DNA of 24,019 nucleotides. Origin: a virus (lineage: Duplodnaviria; Caudoviricetes). A program made the translations under genes and the position numbers. This document shows, piece after piece, positions 9,521-15,867 of this stretch (position 1 is its first letter; the number at the start of each line of letters is the position of its first letter). Under the pieces are notes generated by a model. The model had not been told where the DNA came from and searched no databases. It was given only the letters and a program-made list of their open reading frames with translations. The DNA is taken from IMG/VR virus record IMGVR_UViG_3300044216_003192, positions 1 to 24,019 of that record; one strand, 5' to 3'.

Positions 9521-11125
9521 ATGAGAATTGTGGAATTGATTTTAGATGAGAATGAATTATCTGGCATTGAAGCGATTAGCATTGTGGAGAATCCTGCCAT
9601 TGAAGAAGAATTTATTGCTCTAAAAAAACAAGAAGTTGTATATCTAGCTGAAGCAGATAAAGAAAAGAAAATTTTAGTTGGTGCTTTGCTTGTACCAAAC
9701 AAGCCAATTTACAGAAAAAAAGATGATGATGAATATTATATTTATTTCTCAAAAGATACAGTAAGAAAAGCGTCTGAAATATATTTACAAAAAGGTAATC
9801 AAAACAACGCCACTTTAGAACATCAATATTCATTGAAAGGTCTAACACTTGTTGAAAGTTGGATTGTTGAAGATACTAAATTTGACAAGTCAAGAAAATA
9901 TGGTTTAGATGTTCCAGTCGGAACTTGGATGGGAACAATCAAAGTTAATAATGAACAGATTTGGGAAGAGTTTATTAAAACTGGTAAAGTTAAAGGTTTT
10001 AGTATTGAAGGGTATTTTGCAGACAAAGCACAAATAAAAAAAGAAGATAAACTTTCAAAATATGAAGAAGATGAAGCTCAAGAATTACTTTCTGAAATTA
10101 AAGGTATTTTAAGAAACAATCTTAACAAAGGTTATCACGTAACACTTGAAAGTTATGATGACTATCCAGAAGCAGTTAGAAACAACGCAAAACGTGGTAT
10201 TGAGCTAAACAAGAAAGTCAAAAATAAATGCGCCACAGATGTTGGTAAAATTAGAGCGCAACAACTAGCAAAAGGTAAACCAATAAGTGAAAACACCATT
10301 AAAAGAATGTACTCTTTTTTGAGCAGGGCTGAAGAGTATTACAAGCCAGAAGATAATGAAGCGTGTGGTACAATATCATTTTTATTATGGGGTGGATTGG
10401 CTGGTAAAAGATACGCAAAAAGCAAGCTAAAAGAACTTGGACAACTTGATTTGTATAGTCAAAAAGTAAATGATGATTTTGCTATTATATTAGACAGACT
10501 TGCGTATGCAAATAAAGATATGGCTGTCAAAATTGCTAAAGATATTGGTTGTGAAGGAATCCACGAACACGAATATGAAGGTCAAGTTTGGTTTATGCCT
10601 TGCGAAAAACACGCACTTGGAGAAGAAGAATTTAGAAAATATAAATGTCCAGAAGGTTATGTTAAAGACTACAAAAAACACAAGTGTGTAAAAAAAGACA
10701 AACTTGCAAAGATTGGTAAAAGGGGCGGTATAAGAAAAAGTCCGAAAGCACCAGCGTCCGACACACCAAACCCCAATCCAAAAGGAAAAGGTACTGCAAA
10801 AGGAACTGCAAAAGATTCAAGAAGTGCAAAAGTGAGCCAAAGAGACGAGAAAGCATTACAAAAAAAAGCTGATGATTTCAATGAAAGGTATAAAAAGAAA
10901 CTTGGTTATGGTGTAACTGTTGGACAATTAAGGGCGGTATTTCAAAGGGGGCTTGGTGCTTTTAACACATCAAGAAGTCCAAGAATTAAATCACCGTCGG
11001 CTTGGGCGCAGGCAAGAGTAAATGCATATTTATATCTGGTAAAAAATGGTCGACCACAAAATCCAAAATATGTAACGGACAATGATTTACTTCCAAGCAA
11101 ACATCCAAAAAGCACGAAAAAATAA
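9521..11125 (+). CDS. Prohead serine protease (XkdF-like N-terminal domain) with several C-terminal accessory domains, 534 aa
   Basis: ILVGALLVPNKPIYR, NATLEH, VESWIVED, GTWMG and GKVKGFSIEG (catalytic-Ser type motif); lies upstream of the scaffold and capsid genes. Confidence 0.85.
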   Translation: MRIVELILDENELSGIEAISIVENPAIEEEFIALKKQEVVYLAEADKEKKILVGALLVPNKPIYRKKDDDEYYIYFSKDTVRKASEIYLQKGNQNNATLEHQYSLKGLTLVESWIVEDTKFDKSRKYGLDVPVGTWMGTIKVNNEQIWEEFIKTGKVKGFSIEGYFADKAQIKKEDKLSKYEEDEAQELLSEIKGILRNNLNKGYHVTLESYDDYPEAVRNNAKRGIELNKKVKNKCATDVGKIRAQQLAKGKPISENTIKRMYSFLSRAEEYYKPEDNEACGTISFLLWGGLAGKRYAKSKLKELGQLDLYSQKVNDDFAIILDRLAYANKDMAVKIAKDIGCEGIHEHEYEGQVWFMPCEKHALGEEEFRKYKCPEGYVKDYKKHKCVKKDKLAKIGKRGGIRKSPKAPASDTPNPNPKGKGTAKGTAKDSRSAKVSQRDEKALQKKADDFNERYKKKLGYGVTVGQLRAVFQRGLGAFNTSRSPRIKSPSAWAQARVNAYLYLVKNGRPQNPKYVTDNDLLPSKHPKSTKK

Positions 11126-11157
11126 TCAAGTATATATTAATATAAATTTTAACTAAT

Positions 11158-11520
11158 ATGAAAATTTTAGATAACAAGGAATTAAGGGGATATTTAGGAA
11201 GTGCAACAGTTTTTGTTCTTGTGATGGGGCTTCTTCTTTTTTTAGCTTTTTTTGAAATACCAGACACAAATAATGATATTTTTAAAGTCATTGTTGGTAT
11301 GTTGGTTGGTTCTCTTACTTTAGTGATTACAACTTTTGTTGGTAAAGACCCGTCGGAAGTTGAAAATCTAAAATCTAAAGTGGAAAATTATGAGCAACAA
11401 CTTCAAAATTTAACTTTAGAAAAAGAGAAAGTTGAAAAAATGCTTAGAGATTATCAATCCCAAGTGATTGAAAAATTAGCTATTGCTGGACAAAACTTTG
11501 ATTACAATAAAGAAAGTTAA
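11158..11520 (+). CDS. Membrane protein (2 TM helices plus C-terminal coiled coil), 120 aa; possibly holin- or spanin-like
   Basis: Hydrophobic stretches ATVFVLVMGLLLFLAFF and IFKVIVGMLVGSLTLVITTFVG, followed by heptad repeats. Confidence 0.6.
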   Translation: MKILDNKELRGYLGSATVFVLVMGLLLFLAFFEIPDTNNDIFKVIVGMLVGSLTLVITTFVGKDPSEVENLKSKVENYEQQLQNLTLEKEKVEKMLRDYQSQVIEKLAIAGQNFDYNKES

Positions 11521-11522
11521 AA

Positions 11523-11657
11523 TTGGCACGAAAAATCTTAATCAATTACACAAAAAAACAAAAAGTAAAACGCAAAGGAGTACACGCAAAAACTAAAATG
11601 AGCAGTCTAAAGCAAAGTAAAAATTACAAAAAAAAATATAAAGGACAAGGTAAATGA
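11523..11657 (+). CDS. Very basic small protein, 44 aa, TTG start (MARKILINYTKKQKVKRKGVHAKTKMSSLKQSKNYKKKYKGQGK); not in the ORF track
   Basis: Open frame starting 2 nt after the previous stop; its TGA overlaps the next ATG; no acidic residues. Confidence 0.7.
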   Translation: MARKILINYTKKQKVKRKGVHAKTKMSSLKQSKNYKKKYKGQGK

Positions 11658-11830
11658 AGAAGGTATTACCAAGTTTTACAAGTCCGACTGGAAGTCGTAG
11701 AGCGTGTTTATGCAGAGACACTTTAGATTATAGAATTGAGTGTTGTACTGGAGAACTAATTGCTCAAGGTATAGGTTCACTAAAAGGTGGAAGTAATGCA
11801 ACAATAAATGGAGTAAATAGAACGGGGTAA
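11654..11830 (+). CDS. Small Cys-rich protein, 58 aa (MKKVLPSFTSPTGSRRACLCRDTLDYRIECCTGELIAQGIGSL...); not in the ORF track
   Basis: ATGA coupling; CxC...CC motif; ends just before the late-promoter motif. Confidence 0.75.
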   Translation: MKKVLPSFTSPTGSRRACLCRDTLDYRIECCTGELIAQGIGSLKGGSNATINGVNRTG

Positions 11831-11834
11831 AATG

Positions 11835-11865
11835 CAAAATTAATTTTTAAAAACGATAGATAATT
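11835..11865 (+). promoter_or_regulatory. Putative phage late promoter, copy 3 (CAAAA-N14-CGATAGATAATT-ATG)
   Basis: CAAAA at 11835, CGATA at 11854, ATG at 11866. Confidence 0.7.
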
Positions 11866-12450
11866 ATGAAAGCAACAGAATTGTTAAACAACATTAAATC
11901 ATTGCTAGGAGTCGAACTTTCAGACATTGAACTAGCTCAACTTAAATTAGAAAACGGAACTATACTTGAATCTGACAGCTTTGAAAAAGGGAACGAAGTT
12001 TTTATCGTCACTGATGATGAAAGAGTCGCTTTGCCTATTGGCGAGTATGAACTAGAAGATGGTAGAGTTTTATCAATAAAAGAGGAAGGTATGATTGAAG
12101 ATATTAAAGCAGAAGAACACGAAGAAAAAAAGGACGAGAAAATGCAATACGTCACAAAAGATGAACTTCGAAAAGAAATGGAAAATTTAGCGTCTCATCT
12201 AAAAGACGAAATCAAAAAAATGATGGAGCATAAAGACGAAAAGGAAGATAAAGAAAAAGAAGAAATGTCATCCCAAGTTGGTCTTGCTGTTACTGAAATT
12301 TTAGAAAAAGAAGAACTATCAAAACCAGCAGTTGAACCTATCAAGCACAATCCAGAAATTGAAGAAAAAACTAAATTTCAGTTTGCTCAAAATAGGAGAC
12401 AAGGAACTCTTGATAGAGTAATGAATAACATTTTAAAAATTAAAAAATAA
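11866..12450 (+). CDS. Capsid scaffolding protein, 194 aa
   Basis: Highly acidic and helical, with a LPIGEYELEDG motif; between the protease and capsid genes. Confidence 0.75.
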   Translation: MKATELLNNIKSLLGVELSDIELAQLKLENGTILESDSFEKGNEVFIVTDDERVALPIGEYELEDGRVLSIKEEGMIEDIKAEEHEEKKDEKMQYVTKDELRKEMENLASHLKDEIKKMMEHKDEKEDKEKEEMSSQVGLAVTEILEKEELSKPAVEPIKHNPEIEEKTKFQFAQNRRQGTLDRVMNNILKIKK

Positions 12451-12452
12451 TT

Positions 12453-12863
12453 ATGGCAGTATTAACTCACGTCAATAATGACGTTAAAAGAATATTTGAC
12501 AAATACGAAGCAATCACGGTGGGAAGCTCGCTCACTCTTGCTGATAGCGGAAAAGTATTTAAAGTAAGCGGAACGGGTGGAACAGTTACACTTCCAGCAG
12601 TTTCCGAAGGTTTTATTGTAAGATTTGTAACAACAGGCGGTTTAACATCGGCTAATACTGTAATAGCTGGTGGAACTTCTGACGTTATGGAAGGTTCAAT
12701 AATTGTGGCAGGTGCAGTTGTAGATGTAGATGCCGCAGACCAGTTGAATTTTGTGCATACAGCCGACAATTTAGGAGACTACGTTGACATTTGGTCTGAT
12801 GGTAGTAAATACTTTGTCTTTGGTAATGCTTTAAACTCTGGTGGTATAACAGCGACAGGTTAA
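12453..12863 (+). CDS. Putative head decoration / capsid-associated beta protein, 136 aa
   Basis: Gly/Thr/Val-rich (LTLADSGKVF...TVTLPA...GDYVDIWSDGSKYFV); between the scaffold and MCP genes. Confidence 0.5.
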   Translation: MAVLTHVNNDVKRIFDKYEAITVGSSLTLADSGKVFKVSGTGGTVTLPAVSEGFIVRFVTTGGLTSANTVIAGGTSDVMEGSIIVAGAVVDVDAADQLNFVHTADNLGDYVDIWSDGSKYFVFGNALNSGGITATG

Positions 12864-12889
12864 TAATTAAAAAAAAATAATTTAAAGAT

Positions 12890-13789
12890 ATGGCAACAAC
12901 AACATCAATAACAACAACATACGCAGGAGAGTTCGCTGGTCAATATATCGCGGCGGCACTTCTTAGTGGCAAAACACTGTCAGAGGGCGGTGTGACTGTA
13001 AAACCAAATATTAAATTCAAAGAAGTAATTAAGAAACTGGCTTTAGATAGTATTTTAAAGGACGCTTCTTGTGATTTCGACCCGACTTCGAACGTTACTT
13101 TGACTGAAAGAATTTTACAACCAGAAGAGTTTCAAGTAAACCTTCAGCTTTGTAAAAAAGACTTCAGACAAGATTGGGATGCGATTTCAATGGGCTTCAG
13201 TCAATATGACAATCTACCGCCGTCATTTTCTGATTTCTTAATTGGACAAGTATCGGCAAAGGTTGCAGAAAAGGTTGAACAAAATATTTGGAACGGTTCA
13301 ACATCAACCAACGGAGAGTTTGATGGATTTAAAACTTTATTACTAGCTGATAGCGACGTAGTAGATGTTTCTGGCACAACTTTGAGCGCAAGCAACATTG
13401 TTGCTGAACTTGGAAAAGTAGTTGACGCAATTCCTTCTTCAGTTTATTCAAAAGAAGATGTTCAAATTTATTTACCAACAAGCGCGGCTAAATTTTATAT
13501 TCAAGCTCAAGCGGCTCTTGGTTATAGAGAACTTTTTAACGTTGGAAAAACAGAGTTGAATTTTCAAGGTATCAATTTATTTGTTGCGCCTGGCCTTGCG
13601 GCTGACACATTAGTGGCGGCAGAAGCTAGCAATTTATTTTTTGGCACGGGGCTTTTGAACGATTGGCAGACCGTGAAGTTGATTGATATGGCTGACATAG
13701 ATGGAAGTCAAAACGTAAGAGTTGTTTTAAGGGGAAGTGCAGGAGTACAACACGGAATTGGTTCTGATATTGTACTTTACTCTTCATAA
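12890..13789 (+). CDS. Major capsid protein, 299 aa
   Basis: Follows the protease and scaffold genes; KVAEKVEQNIWNG...GEFDGF pattern typical of HK97-fold capsids; followed by a hairpin. Confidence 0.9.
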   Translation: MATTTSITTTYAGEFAGQYIAAALLSGKTLSEGGVTVKPNIKFKEVIKKLALDSILKDASCDFDPTSNVTLTERILQPEEFQVNLQLCKKDFRQDWDAISMGFSQYDNLPPSFSDFLIGQVSAKVAEKVEQNIWNGSTSTNGEFDGFKTLLLADSDVVDVSGTTLSASNIVAELGKVVDAIPSSVYSKEDVQIYLPTSAAKFYIQAQAALGYRELFNVGKTELNFQGINLFVAPGLAADTLVAAEASNLFFGTGLLNDWQTVKLIDMADIDGSQNVRVVLRGSAGVQHGIGSDIVLYSS

Positions 13790-13798
13790 TTGTATCAC

Positions 13799-13821
13799 GG
13801 GGGTGTAATAACCCCCATTTT
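13799..13821 (+). terminator. Hairpin / probably leaky terminator after the capsid gene
   Basis: GGGGGT-gtaata-ACCCCC followed only by ATTTT. Confidence 0.6.
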
Positions 13822-13835
13822 AAAAAATTTAAAAT

Positions 13836-14360
13836 ATGGCGTGTTTATTAACTTCGGGACGAGAATTACCGTGTAAAACGGGAGTCGGCGGATTGAAATC
13901 AGTAACGTTTGTAGATTATGGCACTTTAGGAGCTATCACGGTCGCAAACAATATGATTACTGATTTTGGTGGAACACCGACATTTATGAAATTTGATATT
14001 AAAGGAAACTCAACCTTTGATACGGTAGTCACTTCATCAAGAGAAAACGGTACTACATTCTACGAGTCAACACTAGTTTTGAATCTTATATTTCAAGAAG
14101 AAAAAACACAAGCAGAAATTAAATTGCTTGCAGTATCAAGACCACATATCATTGTAGAAGATTATAACGGTAATTTCAGATTGATGGGTAAAGTTCACGG
14201 TTCAGAGCTTACGACTGGTAATTTTTCAAATGGGGCGGCTATGGGTGACTTATTTGGTTACTCATTGACTTTTGTTTCACAAGAAACAGAAGCACCAGAT
14301 TTTATAACAACTGCCGCGTATGAAGCAGAATCACAAGGAACACAGATAGATGTTAATTAG
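13836..14360 (+). CDS. Major tail (tube) protein, 174 aa
   Basis: MACLLTSGRELPCKTGVGG..., SRENGTTFYE, IIVEDYNG and GYSLTF: beta-sandwich tube-like pattern; co-transcribed with the MCP. Confidence 0.7.
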   Translation: MACLLTSGRELPCKTGVGGLKSVTFVDYGTLGAITVANNMITDFGGTPTFMKFDIKGNSTFDTVVTSSRENGTTFYESTLVLNLIFQEEKTQAEIKLLAVSRPHIIVEDYNGNFRLMGKVHGSELTTGNFSNGAAMGDLFGYSLTFVSQETEAPDFITTAAYEAESQGTQIDVN

Positions 14361-14381
14361 AGTTTAGTGGGTTATCAATTT

Positions 14382-14409
14382 AGGGGGTATTTCTACCCCC
14401 TTTTTTTTT
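14382..14409 (+). terminator. Rho-independent terminator
   Basis: AGGGGGTA-tttc-TACCCCCT plus T run. Confidence 0.9.
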
Positions 14410-14430
14410 GTATAGCTGGAAATTAAAAGC

Positions 14431-14456
14431 AAAAAAAAACCACCTTAATAGGTGGT
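14431..14456 (-). terminator. Rho-independent terminator (minus strand)
   Basis: The reverse complement reads ACCACCT-atta-AGGTGGT-T run; near-identical to the terminator at 1378. Confidence 0.85.
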
Positions 14457-14479
14457 CTTAGTTTGAATATAACTATTTA

Positions 14480-14620
14480 TTAGTTATCTTCTTTATAGTT
14501 ATCTTGCTTATCTCTAACGTTTATTTTAGTTACTTTTTTGTTTTCAGTAACTTCTAAAACGGGATTATTTATATCGTCCAGATTTAAGAAAATTTCTATT
14601 TTGTTGTTTGTTTTACTCAT
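14480..14620 (-). CDS. Small hypothetical protein, 46 aa (MSKTNNKIEIFLNLDDINNPVLEVTENKKVTKINVRDKQDNYKEDN); not in the ORF track
   Basis: Only credible minus-strand gene: it has its own TATATTTG box, the shared leader TTAAAATTAATATT-ATG and a downstream terminator. Confidence 0.7.
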   Translation of the reverse strand: MSKTNNKIEIFLNLDDINNPVLEVTENKKVTKINVRDKQDNYKEDN

Positions 14621-14642
14621 AATATTAATTTTAAAATTTAAG

Positions 14643-14650
14643 CAAATATA
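14643..14650 (-). promoter_or_regulatory. Bacteroidota-type -7 box TATATTTG
   Basis: Exact TAnnTTTG on the minus strand, 30 nt before the ATG at 14620. Confidence 0.65.
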
Positions 14651-14705
14651 CAAAAATGTTTATAAATACGAAATGACTTAAAAAAACGATTAGTTCAATT
14701 TTTCG

Positions 14706-14713
14706 TATCTTTG
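14706..14713 (+). promoter_or_regulatory. Bacteroidota-type -7 box TATCTTTG
   Basis: Exact TAnnTTTG, 31 nt before ATG 14737; divergent from the 14643-14650 box. Confidence 0.65.
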
Positions 14714-14736
14714 TATATAAACTTAAAATTAATATT

Positions 14737-14880
14737 ATGAAAAAAAATGTAATAAAAGACCTTAAAACCCAAAAGCATTATTGGGATAATGGTATTGTTC
14801 GAAATTTTGAAGAAGTGGTAGCATACAGTATGACTTGGAAAGAAGCGATAGCAAAATTTCCCGAATGTATAAAAATGTAA
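14737..14880 (+). CDS. Small hypothetical protein, 47 aa (MKKNVIKDLKTQKHYWDNGIVRNFEEVVAYSMTWKEAIAKFPECIKM); not in the ORF track
   Basis: Shared leader and -7 box; stops 4 nt before the next ATG. Confidence 0.7.
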   Translation: MKKNVIKDLKTQKHYWDNGIVRNFEEVVAYSMTWKEAIAKFPECIKM

Positions 14881-14884
14881 TACA

Positions 14885-15262
14885 ATGAGATTTACTAAAA
14901 CAGAATTAGAAGATGATTTAGCATTTATAGCAGACATCACACAAGAAAGATTACCCGAACCTTTTTATCAAAACTTAGAAAATAAAGTAACGAGCTTTTC
15001 AAAATATGGCAACGAATTGTTAGAAATTATTTATCAAGAACTTTCTGATTGGTTTGAAATGTGGATATGGAGAGTTGAAGGTGATAAGGAAGGTGATAGA
15101 GCTTTCACTTTAGGCGTAAACCAAACTTGGAGAACTTTAAGAAAGATATACTTTTACTTAGATAGTAATGTTGGTGGTTACGATGATTATATTGAATTTA
15201 GATTTTACAGGTCAAAAAATTATGTCAAAGACGTGCCAAATGAATATAAACTTTGGCGTTAA
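14885..15262 (+). CDS. Hypothetical protein (accessory island), 125 aa
   Basis: Acidic, aromatic-rich ORF followed by a terminator; no recognisable motif. Confidence 0.75.
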   Translation: MRFTKTELEDDLAFIADITQERLPEPFYQNLENKVTSFSKYGNELLEIIYQELSDWFEMWIWRVEGDKEGDRAFTLGVNQTWRTLRKIYFYLDSNVGGYDDYIEFRFYRSKNYVKDVPNEYKLWR

Positions 15263-15287
15263 AAGTCTTTGTTTATCAACAAGAAAT

Positions 15288-15313
15288 ACCACCAAATTAG
15301 GTGGTTTTTTTTT
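15288..15313 (+). terminator. Rho-independent terminator
   Basis: ACCACC-aaatta-GGTGGT plus T run. Confidence 0.85.
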
Positions 15314-15539
15314 GTCTTGGAATGTAAAAAAACAAGCAAAAAACTATCACTTTGACAAAAACTTTAAAATCAATTCTAAGGCCATTTAAATCACTTCTAA
15401 GACACTTTCTCTTGTCTGTAATATATACATATCAAAATTTCGAGAAGTGCCATTAAAACAAAAATTCCTTCGTAGAGTTTTTGACAATTTTTAATAAAAA
15501 ATTTTTCCTTAAATTAGTCGAAACTTTAAAATTTATATT

Positions 15540-15758
15540 ATGAAATACAAAAAAAGAATCGGTATTGTTCCACGTGAAACAAGTGACATTTTTTTTCATT
15601 TTGGTTGCCGAAATTACACGCAAGCAAAAATTACCAGAATGCCATTGGAACACAAATTAGAATGGTTAAAAAAAGACGCTGAACAATTTCTTGAAATAGT
15701 TAATCGTCCAAATTTAACACCACAAGATTTGGTTGATGATTATCTAAATCGCGAATAA
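15540..15758 (+). CDS. Hypothetical protein (accessory cassette), 72 aa; contains the parS site
   Basis: -7-like box TAAATTAG at 15510-15517, leader TTAAAATTTATATT-ATG, and a terminator at 15781. Confidence 0.7.
   Translation: MKYKKRIGIVPRETSDIFFHFGCRNYTQAKITRMPLEHKLEWLKKDAEQFLEIVNRPNLTPQDLVDDYLNRE
15566..15581. promoter_or_regulatory. parS: parS centromere-like site (ParB/Spo0J binding site), TGTTCCACGTGAAACA
   Basis: Full match to the chromosomal consensus TGTTNCACGTGAAACA; the near-palindrome extends by a flanking T/A pair (15565-15582). Confidence 0.85.
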
Positions 15759-15780
15759 AAAAATCCAAACTGGAATTTAT

Positions 15781-15807
15781 AACCCTGTCTTTTTGATGGG
15801 GTTTTTT
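15781..15807 (+). terminator. Rho-independent terminator
   Basis: AACCCTGTC-ttttt-GATGGGGTT (with G-U pairs) plus T run. Confidence 0.75.
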
Positions 15808-15814
15808 ATTGACA

Positions 15815-15846
15815 TTTGTGTATAACAAATCTTTTATTTATCTTGG
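15815..15846 (+). promoter_or_regulatory. Bacteroidota-type promoter (TTTG-N20-TATCTTGG)
   Basis: TTTG at 15815-15818 and a -7 box at 15839-15846 with one mismatch, 29 nt before ATG 15868. Confidence 0.6.
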
Positions 15847-15867
15847 TCTAAATTTAAAATTAATATT

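Noticed and set aside
11130-11157. GTATATATTAATAT upstream of 11158, similar to the late motif
   Set aside because: It lacks the CG core, the correctly spaced CAAAA and the fixed distance to the ATG.
14610-14640. CATAAT...TTAAA resemblance to a dif (XerC/D) site
   Set aside because: There is no TTATGTTAAAT XerD arm; the sequence is explained as the shared cassette leader on the minus strand.
14695-14940. 81-aa minus-strand ORF from the track (also 15453-15653 minus and 15168-15389 plus)
   Set aside because: They overlap better-supported plus-strand cassettes and run through promoter or terminator elements.
15809-15826. TTGACA hexamers (also near 768, 15352 and 15481) as E. coli-type -35 boxes
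   Set aside because: None has a convincing TATAAT at about 17 bp; Bacteroidota -33/-7 elements fit with more consistent spacing.
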